Origin: Obrimoposthia wandeli
Taxonomy: Eukaryota
Assembly (NCBI GenBank): GCA_977020255.1
Contig: CDROCS010002105.1
Coordinates: forward strand, 186,001 to 250,000
Length of the DNA: 64,000 bases
Reading direction: 5' to 3'
In this document: positions 47,015 to 56,566 of the stretch, in pieces
How positions within the stretch are numbered: the first letter of the stretch is position 1
Layout of the letters: the number at the start of each line of letters is the position of its first letter
Made by a program: the position numbers and the translations under genes
The notes under the pieces: generated by a model
What the model was told of the DNA's origin: nothing
The model's input: the letters and a program-made list of their open reading frames with translations, nothing else
The model's database searches: none

Positions 47015-47877
47015 TTACAGATTTATCCACATTGTTTATTGAACCCTTCGCTGATTTTTCGTTTATGCAACGCGCATTGTGGGGATGTATTATTTTAAGT
47101 GCTAGTGCTACGCCTGTCGGTGTTTTTCTTACCTTAAGAAGAATGAGCCTAACGGGCGATGCGATGTCGCATGCAATATTACCTGGCGCTGCGATTGGTT
47201 TTTTAATCTCTGGCGTTTCTGTTACAGCCATGACCATAGGTGGCGTTATCGCGGGTTGCATTGTTGCAATATTAGCAGGGGTAGTTGCACGCCACTCGAA
47301 TGCGGAAGAAGACTCTAGTTTAGCGGCTTTTTACTTATTGTCGCTCGCGTCTGGCGTCCTCATTATTTCAGCAAAAGGCAGTAATATTGATTTACTTCAC
47401 GTGTTATTTGGTTCGACATTAGCGTTGAATAACGACGCACTTATTTTATTGACGTCTATTGCGACCATTTCTTTGCTCACGCTGGCGGTATTGTACCGTC
47501 CGTTAGTCATGGAGTGCGTTGATCCTGCATTTTTTAAGACCGTCAGTAAGCTAAGTGCTGTCGCGCACTATGGCTTTTTATTACTCGTCGTGCTGAATTT
47601 AGTCGCTGGTTTTCATGCTCTAGGCACGCTAATGGCTGTGGGGTTAATGATTCTTCCAGCCGCTGTCGCCCGTTTTTGGACTGCAAAGCTAGGAGGAATG
47701 CTGCTAATTGCTTTTGTTACCTCCGTTATAAGCGGCTATCTCGGTCTTTTTCTTTCATTTCACGTCAGCCTCGCAACAAGTCCAGCAATCGTACTTGTTA
47801 TGGGGTGTATCTACATTGTGTCGTTACTTTTTGGTCGACACGGTGGCTTACTTTTTAAAAACAGTTCTGCGTATTAA
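47011..47877 (+). CDS. Metal ABC transporter permease, ZnuB/AztB-like
   Basis: RRMSLTGDAMSHAILPG, DLLHVLFGS (ABC-3 family); ATGA overlap with the ATPase. Confidence 0.92.
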   Translation: MITDLSTLFIEPFADFSFMQRALWGCIILSASATPVGVFLTLRRMSLTGDAMSHAILPGAAIGFLISGVSVTAMTIGGVIAGCIVAILAGVVARHSNAEEDSSLAAFYLLSLASGVLIISAKGSNIDLLHVLFGSTLALNNDALILLTSIATISLLTLAVLYRPLVMECVDPAFFKTVSKLSAVAHYGFLLLVVLNLVAGFHALGTLMAVGLMILPAAVARFWTAKLGGMLLIAFVTSVISGYLGLFLSFHVSLATSPAIVLVMGCIYIVSLLFGRHGGLLFKNSSAY

Positions 47878-47893
47878 CGGAAAGGAATACAAA

Positions 47894-48886
47894 ATGTCAA
47901 AATCTCCTCTTATGCTTTCATTAATAGCTTTGGGTTTAGGTATGAGCTCGACGGCTATGGCTGAAGAAAAAGTGCCTGTTGTTGCTAGTTTTTCAATTTT
48001 GGGGGATTTAGTTTCTCAAGTGGGTGGCGAGCATATTTCATTAACAACATTAGTGAAAGCAAATGGTGATGCACATGTATATAGCCCAAGCCCTATGGAC
48101 GCAAAAGCGGTTACTCATGCAAAGTTGTTAGTGGTGAATGGACTAGAATTTGAAGGCTGGATGCCACGATTGGTTGAGTCTTCCAATTTTATCGGTGAAA
48201 AAGTGGTTGCGTCTGATGGAATTGATGCAATGAAAGGTGATCATAATAATGACGAACATGATACTCATAATAGCGATCATGTTGAACACGAACACCATGC
48301 TGAGCATGATAATGACCATCATGAAGAGCATGCTGAACATGATCACCATCATCATGGTGAGTTTGATCCCCATGCGTGGAATAGCATTGCGAATGTGAAA
48401 ATATATGTGAGAAACATTGAAAAGGGGCTAAGTAAGGTCGATCCTAAAAACACCAGTGATTATGCAGCGAATGCCCTTCATTACATTCAAAAGCTTGATA
48501 AGCTTGAACTTCAGTTACATGACGAAATAGATAAAATTCCTAAATCACAGCGTAACGTTATAACGCCACACGACGCTTTTGGTTACTTTTCTCGAGACTT
48601 TGATGTGACTTTCATTGCTCCACAGGGCACAAGTACTGAATCGGAAGCCAGTGCAGCTGATGTTGCCGCAATCATTACGCAAATACGTGAAGATAATGTC
48701 ACGGCGGTGTTTATGGAAAATATTGCCGATAACCGAATGATTGAACAAATTAGCCGAGAAACAGGCGCTAAAATTGGTGGGAAATTATTTTCTGATGCGT
48801 TATCTAGCTCTGAAGGACCCGCATCGACGTATATTGAATTGATGCAATATAATGTCGATACAATTGTGAAAGCACTATCGCATTGA
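47894..48886 (+). CDS. Cluster A-I metal-binding protein with a His/Asp/Glu-rich loop, ZnuA/AztC-like
   Basis: DAHVY, DPHAW, PHDAFGY, SDAL ligands; His-rich loop; AAGGA RBS favours ATG 47894. Confidence 0.92.
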   Translation: MSKSPLMLSLIALGLGMSSTAMAEEKVPVVASFSILGDLVSQVGGEHISLTTLVKANGDAHVYSPSPMDAKAVTHAKLLVVNGLEFEGWMPRLVESSNFIGEKVVASDGIDAMKGDHNNDEHDTHNSDHVEHEHHAEHDNDHHEEHAEHDHHHHGEFDPHAWNSIANVKIYVRNIEKGLSKVDPKNTSDYAANALHYIQKLDKLELQLHDEIDKIPKSQRNVITPHDAFGYFSRDFDVTFIAPQGTSTESEASAADVAAIITQIREDNVTAVFMENIADNRMIEQISRETGAKIGGKLFSDALSSSEGPASTYIELMQYNVDTIVKALSH

Positions 48887-48944
48887 TGGTTCAGTTCAGC
48901 TTTGAGTTGAACTCGAAGCATGTTTAACGGTTAATGAATACTAT

Positions 48945-48995
48945 AAAAGCCCAAAATTTATTTGCTAATGCTAAATAATTAATTTTGGGCTTTTT
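48945..48995. terminator. Bidirectional terminator
   Basis: AAAAGCCCAAAATT...AATTTTGGGCTTTTT between convergent operons. Confidence 0.8.
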
Positions 48996-49016
48996 ATTTG
49001 TATCTACATTATGTAT

Positions 49017-50141
49017 TTAAAATACGGGCGACATACCTACAGGTTGAGAGCTAAGTAGTACTGCACCCATCAAGATTAATGCAACCCCGCCTACTAATTG
49101 AACCAATATCCCCGGTAAACGAAGTGACGTTTCTGTATGGTGAGTACCATTTGAATGACGGTCTATGGGTTGTTTCTTCTCTTTAAGATAACGCTTAACT
49201 AATTGCCTTCCTGTTATTGTCATGATTGCGATAATAGACGTTGTTAGCGCCGTGCCAATGGCCATTAAGAATGCGCTTATAATACCTAACCAATACATAT
49301 CTACCATATTCGCAAACAGCAGCACCATAATAGCCCCCGTACAAGGTCGGATGCCTATGCTCAGAATAATCACCAAATACTCTTTCATTGAAGAGGCGCT
49401 ATTGATGACCTCTGCATCTGCAAAGTGTTGATGCCCACAACCACAATCACTACTGTGAATATGATCGGGGGATAGGCTGTTCGTATTTTGAGTTGAGCGT
49501 AACAACACGTAAGGCTTGGCCGTATTTGTTGGTATGTGTCTTATGGCCGTAATGTGATTTGTGTTTAATGCGAAAGTAGGTGGATGTTGTGTCTTTTTAA
49601 GGGATTGGTTTAATCGGAATGATTGCCAAAGTGTATGCAAATTACGCCACACAATAACAAGCCCTAATATAACAACAGTGTAAAAACTCAGAGTAACGAA
49701 GCGGTTTGCCTCACTGTTTACTTCACGCATCGATGAATTAAAGATAACAAGCAAGGTTGAGACAAGTGCAATAGCAACAACGGCCTGTAACAATGCTGAT
49801 AATACCGTGAGGGTTAAACTGAGTTTAATTTTGGTGGGATGGGTGGCTAAATATGTGCTCACAATCAACTTCCCATGGCCAGGCCCTAAAGAATGTAACA
49901 TGCCATAGATAAAGCTAAGTCCAGCTAGAGATAACCCAGCAGCTATGCTATCGGCTTGAGCATCGTATAAGAGTTCACTGAGTTGATTATTAATATCTTT
50001 TTGCCATTGCATACTTGAAATCAGCAGTGAAGGCCAAGCTTGCCAGATGATATATCCAGTACCAATAAATAAACCCGTTAAAACGAGTATTCCGTATTTT
50101 GAAAAGATGAAAGGTTCTACTGTCTGTGTTTTCGTCATCAA
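49017..50141 (-). CDS. NicO/RcnA-family metal transporter (ZevB-like)
   Basis: YGMLHSLGPGHGK, HIHSSDCGCGHQH, GIRPCTGA motifs. Confidence 0.85.
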   Translation of the reverse strand: MMTKTQTVEPFIFSKYGILVLTGLFIGTGYIIWQAWPSLLISSMQWQKDINNQLSELLYDAQADSIAAGLSLAGLSFIYGMLHSLGPGHGKLIVSTYLATHPTKIKLSLTLTVLSALLQAVVAIALVSTLLVIFNSSMREVNSEANRFVTLSFYTVVILGLVIVWRNLHTLWQSFRLNQSLKKTQHPPTFALNTNHITAIRHIPTNTAKPYVLLRSTQNTNSLSPDHIHSSDCGCGHQHFADAEVINSASSMKEYLVIILSIGIRPCTGAIMVLLFANMVDMYWLGIISAFLMAIGTALTTSIIAIMTITGRQLVKRYLKEKKQPIDRHSNGTHHTETSLRLPGILVQLVGGVALILMGAVLLSSQPVGMSPVF

Positions 50142-50142
50142 T

Positions 50143-50880
50143 TTATCCTTTATTTTCTGAGCATGTAATCAATACCGTTTGTGTGAATAGCTGCCCTAAA
50201 GCATTATCAGGGTCGACATCGGCAGGTAGTGACATTGCATAAGACATTTGCTCAGGGGTTGGATTCGGTTCAACTAATTCTAATGAACAATGTTTAGCAA
50301 GATCGGGAGAAAGTTGAATATCTCCTTTTTTTTGCCAGCTCATATCAACGTAATAACTCGGCTCAAAAATCAGTAATTTTAATGGATTTCCATCGAGTAT
50401 TTTGGGTTTCGATAGTGGTAGCTCAAAATCAAGCGTGAGTTTTGATCTATGCTGGGTGAGTACACCTCGTCTGGCTAAAGAATACTTGATGGGTGTACCA
50501 CCATCATAAAAATACGTAAAGTAATGCTCCCCCATCATGTTTTTCATGACAGAGTCTGCAACTTTCTTCATCGTTTTTGCTTTGTTTTCAGATGATAAAT
50601 CTTCACCATCAAGCATGTAAGCAGATGTCATTGCATCAAAAGTCCAAGACATTTTAAATCCAGTGATTTGATTTTGGTTACCTTCAATTTCAGTTTTTAA
50701 ATCGATCCAGGAATGAGGATGAGCTTGAACGGTGAAGGGAAACAGCACACAGAAAATCAGAGTAAAAAGGCGAGATAATATTCCTTTTGAGTGGCGATGT
50801 TGTATGCGAAGACTTGTTAATTGATTGATGAAAATATTCAAATTAAGGCTCTTGTTGTCATTATAAGATGTCTTTAACAC
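50143..50880 (-). CDS. DUF1007 periplasmic metal-binding protein (ZevA-like)
   Basis: Signal cleavage exposing HPHSWID; WTFDAMTSA, FEPSYYVDM, LGQLF; the true start may be internal. Confidence 0.82.
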   Translation of the reverse strand: MLKTSYNDNKSLNLNIFINQLTSLRIQHRHSKGILSRLFTLIFCVLFPFTVQAHPHSWIDLKTEIEGNQNQITGFKMSWTFDAMTSAYMLDGEDLSSENKAKTMKKVADSVMKNMMGEHYFTYFYDGGTPIKYSLARRGVLTQHRSKLTLDFELPLSKPKILDGNPLKLLIFEPSYYVDMSWQKKGDIQLSPDLAKHCSLELVEPNPTPEQMSYAMSLPADVDPDNALGQLFTQTVLITCSENKG

Positions 50881-50918
50881 GCCTTTTTACGTGTTGTAAT
50901 AGACTTGGCTTAATGCAA

Positions 50919-50941
50919 GTTAAGTTATGTTATAACATCTC
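50919..50941. promoter_or_regulatory. Zur box 3
   Basis: AGTTAT-GTT-ATAACA-TC, ~45 bp upstream of the DUF1007 ORF. Confidence 0.7.
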
Positions 50942-50993
50942 AATTGTTGTATCTAGCTTTGTTTTATGGAGCCTTAAATTTCATTTATCTAGC

Positions 50994-51053
50994 TATATCC
51001 AATAGACATCAAGCAGCTCCGAATCCTGCGTCTTCAGACTACTTGGGTGTATA
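50994..51053. repeat. Internally deleted, decayed mini-copy of the MITE family
   Basis: Left TATATCCAATAGACATCAAGCAGC (17/24 to the TIR); right GAATCCTGCGTCTTCAGACTACTTGGGTGTATA resembles the element's right end. Confidence 0.55.
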
Positions 51054-51085
51054 CTTTAAAAGTCTAATAGGCTTGGAATTGAACG

Positions 51086-51481
51086 ATGATGACGGTAAGA
51101 AGCGTATCTGAGGGCAAAGTTTGGTGGGTGATACTGAGTTTTCTATGCGTTTTGTTGAACGGAGTGGCCTATGCTGATTCAACACCAGCTCGTTGCGATA
51201 TATATATAAAAGGCATTGAAAAACAATCCATTACGTTTCCTTGTACATTTGCTCAGCGGCAAGGGCATGTAACTATAACGCGATCTGATGAGGTTACTTA
51301 CAGCTTTACCCCTGTAGGAGATAATCCTGGTGACTATGAAGATCAAAAGGGGAATACCGTTTATAGGCAAAGAGGATTGGGGATCGATGGTGTGATCTTT
51401 CAATTGAAAAATGAGTCTGTTTACATTTATTGGGATGCGACAAATTTAGAGCAAAAAACGAGCGAAAAAAAAGAACCATAA
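51086..51481 (+). CDS. Secreted hypothetical protein
   Basis: Signal peptide (AYA); Cys pair ARCDIY...PCTFAQRQG. Confidence 0.7.
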   Translation: MMTVRSVSEGKVWWVILSFLCVLLNGVAYADSTPARCDIYIKGIEKQSITFPCTFAQRQGHVTITRSDEVTYSFTPVGDNPGDYEDQKGNTVYRQRGLGIDGVIFQLKNESVYIYWDATNLEQKTSEKKEP

Positions 51482-51689
51482 TGATTGTCTACGTTATAAA
51501 TGTTGATTTATACACGGTTATAACGCGACATTGAGATTCTCATTGTAATTTAATCGTAAAAACTTTCACCTGTTCTATTTTTATATCAGCGACTTAAGTT
51601 AGTCTGTGAGGGTAATAGTATATGCCGATTTTTTGTATTGAAGCATAAATAGAGAACCTAATAATTAAAATAAGAATCAAAGGAGCGGC

Positions 51690-52313
51690 ATGTCCGGTAT
51701 ACAAAAGAAAATACTGATCCTTTTTGCGCATCCATCGCAATCGCGTTCAGAAGTTAACTCGCCATTGTTTGAAGCATCTAAAACCATCGATAATGTTACG
51801 ACGGTAGATCTCTACAGTGAGTATCCTACGTTTCGTATTAACATCGATACCGAACAGCAACGTTTGCGCGATCACGATGTTATTGTCTTTATGTTTCCAC
51901 TTTATTGGTATTCAACACCAGCGATTTTAAAAGAGTGGCAAGATCTGGTATTAGAATATGGCTTTGCTTATGGCTCAGATGGTACCGAATTACATGGTAA
52001 AAGTTTCTTGTGCTCTCTTACCGCTGGTGGTTCTGAAAAAGCCTATCGTTCAGAAGGGTATAACCATTTTACTATTCGAGAATTACTTCAACCTTTAGAG
52101 CAAACGGCTGATCTAACGGGTATGCAGTTTCTTGCGCCATTTGCTTTGTTTGGGGCGCGTACTGCTGTTGAAGAAAAACGCATTCATGCACATGTCGATG
52201 ATTGGAAAAAAGTACTCATTGCTTTGCGAGATAATAAGATGGATTTGGTACTCGCGAGTGAGCTATCAAAGCTAAATCATGATCTTCCACGACTTATTAA
52301 GGATTATTCATGA
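51690..52313 (+). CDS. KefF/KefG-type flavodoxin-like ancillary protein
   Basis: ILFAHPS, DLYSEYP, FPLYWYSTPAILKEWQD; AAGGAG RBS. Confidence 0.9.
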   Translation: MSGIQKKILILFAHPSQSRSEVNSPLFEASKTIDNVTTVDLYSEYPTFRINIDTEQQRLRDHDVIVFMFPLYWYSTPAILKEWQDLVLEYGFAYGSDGTELHGKSFLCSLTAGGSEKAYRSEGYNHFTIRELLQPLEQTADLTGMQFLAPFALFGARTAVEEKRIHAHVDDWKKVLIALRDNKMDLVLASELSKLNHDLPRLIKDYS

Positions 52314-54253
52314 CGGGGTATTTTCTTCAAGCATTTATCTATTTATTTGCAGCTGTTATTGCCGTGCCTATCGCCAAAAAACTTGGATTAGGCTCGGTGT
52401 TAGGGTATTTAATCGCAGGTGTAGTGATAGGGCCTGTAATTGGTTTGGTGGGTAGCGAAACAACCACCATTCAACACTTTGCTGAATTTGGTGTCGTAAT
52501 GATGTTATTTTTAGTGGGGTTAGAATTAGAGCCAAAAATGCTTTGGGATATGCGGCATCGTCTTATTGGTTTAGGCGGCCTACAAGTTGGGCTTAGCACC
52601 TTTATCGTGATGGCTATTGCGATGGTAATGGGGATTGGTTGGACGGTTGCATTAACAATCGGTTTGGTTTTTTCACTCTCTTCAACGGCGATTGTACTGC
52701 AGACATTTAATGAAAAAGGGCTAGGTAAAACGGAAGGTGGTCGTACTGCATTCTCGGTTCTTCTGTTTCAAGATATCGCGGTTATCCCAATGCTGGCTTT
52801 AATTCCATTGTTGGCATTGCCTGAATTGGTTGAAAAAGCTCAAAACCTAGTGCAAACAGCATCTGAACACAGCGAAGAGCTTAGCCTTGTTGCAGGGCTT
52901 CCGGGGTGGGCGTACGCCATTGTTGTTATTACTGCGATTGTTATCGTTGTTGTTGGCGGGCACTTTTTAAGCCGTCCTCTATTTCGCTTTGTTGCCAGCT
53001 CGGGTTTACGAGAAATATTTACAGCGACAGCACTCATGTTGGTGATTGGTATCGCAGCCTTAATGAGTTTGGTTGGGTTATCGCCTGCTTTAGGTACTTT
53101 CTTAGCCGGTGTTGTATTAGCTAACAGCGAATTCAGACATGAGCTTGAATCTAACCTCGAACCGTTTAAAGGCTTATTACTGGGGCTATTTTTTATTACG
53201 GTAGGCGCAGGTATTGATTTTAGTGTGTTATTCGGTGACTTCAGTACGGTAATTAGTTTAACGCTGGGGGTTATGCTAATTAAAGCAACAGTGCTACTTG
53301 TACTGTCATTTATCTTTAAAGTGAAAGGTAGTGACCGTTGGCTTTTTGCTCTGAGTTTGGCACAAGCGGGTGAGTTTGGTTTTGTGTTATTGAGCTATAC
53401 CGTGCAAAACCATGTACTTCCAACTGATATTGCAAAGACACTATCGTTAGTTGTTGCTCTGTCGATGTTTTTAACACCGGGCTTATTCATTCTGTTTGAC
53501 AAGGTGATTCTTCCACGTTTTCAGAAAACAGAAAATGAACGAGAAGCTGATGAAATTGATGAGCAAGGTACCGTAATCATCGCGGGTATTGGTCGTTTTG
53601 GCCAGATTGTTAACCGCTTGCTGGTGGCGAATGGGGTTAAAACTGTCGTGCTCGATCACGAGGTTGGGCAGATTGAAAACATGCGTAGTATTGGTATTAA
53701 AAGCTTCTTTGGTGATGCAACACGTCCTGATTTACTGCACACATCAGGTATAGAAGAAGCTAAAGTTATGATTGTGGCTATTGATGATAAAGAGCGTGCG
53801 GTCGAATTGGTGAAATATGTGAGAAAAACCTATCCACATATTCGCATATTGGCGCGTGCCTACGACCGTGGTCATCATTATGCGTTACGTTGTGCAGGGG
53901 CTGATTATATGATTAGTGAAACCTATCGCTCTGCATTGGCCTTAGGTACTCAAGCATTAAAAGATGTTGGTTTTCATCCATTTCGTGCCGAGCAGTTAAA
54001 AGCTGCATTCGTCGAAACAGAAGCGAAAAGTAAAGAAGTGCTTTACCAAACATGGAAAGAAAGCACGGAAGAGAACAAGTTTAATGCGTCTTACCGTGAA
54101 CTCTTTATGCAGTTAGAAGAAGCATTAGGTGAAGCGATGAAAGGAGAACGCAGTGATAAACATGCAAAGAGTGAACGAGGTTGGACGCCACCACCGAAAG
54201 GATACGCGGATGTTGTCGAAAAATTACAAGCAGAAAAGGGCGATGAAAATTAA
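52310..54253 (+). CDS. KefB/KefC-type CPA2 K+/H+ antiporter with TrkA-N domain
   Basis: AEFGVVMMLFLVGLEL, LLFQDIA, RHELES, QAGEFGFV, IAGIGRFGQ; ATGA overlap. Confidence 0.92.
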   Translation: MTGYFLQAFIYLFAAVIAVPIAKKLGLGSVLGYLIAGVVIGPVIGLVGSETTTIQHFAEFGVVMMLFLVGLELEPKMLWDMRHRLIGLGGLQVGLSTFIVMAIAMVMGIGWTVALTIGLVFSLSSTAIVLQTFNEKGLGKTEGGRTAFSVLLFQDIAVIPMLALIPLLALPELVEKAQNLVQTASEHSEELSLVAGLPGWAYAIVVITAIVIVVVGGHFLSRPLFRFVASSGLREIFTATALMLVIGIAALMSLVGLSPALGTFLAGVVLANSEFRHELESNLEPFKGLLLGLFFITVGAGIDFSVLFGDFSTVISLTLGVMLIKATVLLVLSFIFKVKGSDRWLFALSLAQAGEFGFVLLSYTVQNHVLPTDIAKTLSLVVALSMFLTPGLFILFDKVILPRFQKTENEREADEIDEQGTVIIAGIGRFGQIVNRLLVANGVKTVVLDHEVGQIENMRSIGIKSFFGDATRPDLLHTSGIEEAKVMIVAIDDKERAVELVKYVRKTYPHIRILARAYDRGHHYALRCAGADYMISETYRSALALGTQALKDVGFHPFRAEQLKAAFVETEAKSKEVLYQTWKESTEENKFNASYRELFMQLEEALGEAMKGERSDKHAKSERGWTPPPKGYADVVEKLQAEKGDEN

Positions 54254-54300
54254 GTAATAGTTTGCCGAAATAACTTTGTTCAATTTAAAGCTGTACATTA

Positions 54301-54349
54301 AAAGTGGTGAGTTAAGGCTGTGAATATAGCTTTTTAACTCACCACTTTT
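54301..54349. terminator. Bidirectional terminator
   Basis: AAAGTGGTGAGTTAA...TTAACTCACCACTTT long stem between convergent operons. Confidence 0.8.
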
Positions 54350-54439
54350 ATTTTATTGCTCGAGTACTTTTTACTGTTATTTTTCTATTTTTCTATTTTA
54401 TCATTGATAGTTGTGGCTAGATTATTCTATCTATGTGAT

Positions 54440-56566
54440 TTATTCGTTACTTGCTCTTGCTCGAGTAACGTTACCTTCACTTAATTGTTTGAGTACCTGA
54501 TTCTTAGGACCATCAGCAATAATATGCCCCTGTTCCATCACAATTAAGCGATCAACGATATCTAACATACTGGTCTTGTGCGTAATAAGAATAAGCGTTT
54601 CATCTTTAGATAAGCTTTTCAACTGATGTTTAATGTACATTTCTGAACGGTTATCCATGCTGCTTGTTGGTTCATCCATTAACAGTACGGGAGGCTTTCC
54701 AACCAGAGCTCGTGCAATCGCAATAGCTTGACGTTGCCCGCCTGAAAGAGATGCACCACCTTCGCCAACTTGTTTCTCTAAACCTGCTGCATCTTGCTGT
54801 GTAAAGTTTGTTACCCCTGCTCGTTCTGCGGCAAGTAAAATGTCTTGATCCGTTGTTAACGGGCGACCCAATATGATGTTGTCGCGAATAGAACCAAAGA
54901 ACAAGGTTATGTCTTGAGGCACACAACCGATATTACGACGTACATCAATATGATGCAGTTGATTGATGTCGGTATCATCAATTTGAACCGATCCTTCGAT
55001 AGGTTGATATAGCCCCATAATCAAGCGTTCAATCGTGGTTTTTCCTGAACCAATACGACCAATTATGGCGATCTTTTCACCCGGGTTAATCGTGAAGCTC
55101 ACATCTTTAAGTGCTGCACTGGTTGCATTGGGGTAAGTAAAGCTGACTTTATCAAAAACAATTTTCCCTTTAATAACAGGGCGGTGGATGTAGCGTTTAC
55201 CATCTTCTTGCTCTGTGGGCATTTGCATGAGCTGTTCGATGATTGTCATCGCTGATTTTGCTTGATTATAACGTGTTGATAGCAATGAAAGTTGCACCAT
55301 AGGGCCAACCGCTCGTCCGCTTAACATGGTGGCAGCAATAAGTCCGCCCATGGTTAACTGACCATCAGCAATCAGATATACGCCAAATACGATCATCGCA
55401 ACGGATACAAATTGCTGTAAGAACCCTGCAGTGTTTTGAACCGAATCTGTAAGACGACGAGATTTGATCCCCCAGTTGGCCATGTGAGCAACCGCTTCTT
55501 CCCAACGATATTGAAACTGATTTTGTGCCCCAAACAGTTTCACGGTTTCCAAGCCACTCAAGCTTTCAATTAGATTCGCATTTTTCTGCGATGAAAGGCG
55601 AGAACCTTCTTCAATACTACGACGTAAAGGTCGCTGAATGAGTAAGCTGTAAATAGCCAGAATAGTTACCGCAACCAAAGGGACAAGTGCTAGAGGGCCT
55701 GCAACAAACCAAATAATAAGAAGAAACATCAATGCAAATGGTAAATCAATCATTGATGAAACTGTGGCAGAGGTAAAAAATTCTCTTATGGATTCAAATT
55801 CTTGCATATGACGAGCAAACGCACCCACTGAAGGTGGTTTGGCTTCCATACGAATACCCATAACTCGGCTAAATATTTTAGCTGAAATTAACAGGTCTGA
55901 TTTTTTTCCGGCTAAGTCAATGAAGTAACTACGCATGACTTTTAACACTAAATCAAAGCCAAAAATAATGGTGATACCAATAGCCAGTACCCATAAAGAG
56001 TCAAACGCAAGATTAGGTACTATTTTATCGTAAACAAGACGCGTGAAAAGAGGGGCAGAAATAGCAAATATATTGATCAAAATGGAAGCGATAAATACAT
56101 CTCGGTAGATGTTACGAGATTCCCATAATGTACTCCAAAACCAGTGGCCATCACGCGTTTTTAATATTTCAGGTGAACGCTCATCATATCGAAAGCGTTT
56201 TTTCATCAAAAATAAATGACCAGTGTATTGCTGGTTTAAGTCATCAAGGCTTATCCATTGCTGGCTATCATCTGATTGTGCCAGTACAACTTCTACTTCG
56301 CCTTTTTCATTATCTACACTTAGTACAACGCATGCATCGCCACCTTTTAACAGTGCCACGACAGGGAATAATAACGGTGAGATGTCTTTGAATGCAATTT
56401 TGCTATCTTTGGCTTGTAAGCCTGCTTTTTCGGCCGCACGAGGTAGAAGAAATGGAGTAAGAAGGCCATCAGCAAGGGGAAGATCTGCAACCAAGGCTTC
56501 AGGAGAGTTAGCCTGTCCATAATAGCGGCTGACATAGACTAAAGACTGCAGTAGTGGGTCTTTCAT
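54440..56566 (-). CDS. Type I secretion ABC transporter (LapB/LssB-like, C39-like N-terminus)
   Basis: C39-like domain without catalytic Cys, ABC TM domain, GRIGSGKT, LSGGQRQ, LMDEPT. Confidence 0.92.
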   Translation of the reverse strand: MKDPLLQSLVYVSRYYGQANSPEALVADLPLADGLLTPFLLPRAAEKAGLQAKDSKIAFKDISPLLFPVVALLKGGDACVVLSVDNEKGEVEVVLAQSDDSQQWISLDDLNQQYTGHLFLMKKRFRYDERSPEILKTRDGHWFWSTLWESRNIYRDVFIASILINIFAISAPLFTRLVYDKIVPNLAFDSLWVLAIGITIIFGFDLVLKVMRSYFIDLAGKKSDLLISAKIFSRVMGIRMEAKPPSVGAFARHMQEFESIREFFTSATVSSMIDLPFALMFLLIIWFVAGPLALVPLVAVTILAIYSLLIQRPLRRSIEEGSRLSSQKNANLIESLSGLETVKLFGAQNQFQYRWEEAVAHMANWGIKSRRLTDSVQNTAGFLQQFVSVAMIVFGVYLIADGQLTMGGLIAATMLSGRAVGPMVQLSLLSTRYNQAKSAMTIIEQLMQMPTEQEDGKRYIHRPVIKGKIVFDKVSFTYPNATSAALKDVSFTINPGEKIAIIGRIGSGKTTIERLIMGLYQPIEGSVQIDDTDINQLHHIDVRRNIGCVPQDITLFFGSIRDNIILGRPLTTDQDILLAAERAGVTNFTQQDAAGLEKQVGEGGASLSGGQRQAIAIARALVGKPPVLLMDEPTSSMDNRSEMYIKHQLKSLSKDETLILITHKTSMLDIVDRLIVMEQGHIIADGPKNQVLKQLSEGNVTRARASNE

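Noticed and set aside
47795-47893. N-terminal extension of the metal-binding protein in the ORF track
   Set aside because: Overlaps the permease; RBS and signal peptide point to ATG 47894
51530-51544. Palindrome ATTGAGATTCTCATT upstream of the Kef operon as a Fur box
   Set aside because: Half-site spacing is 4 bp too short for Fur; no regulator can be assigned
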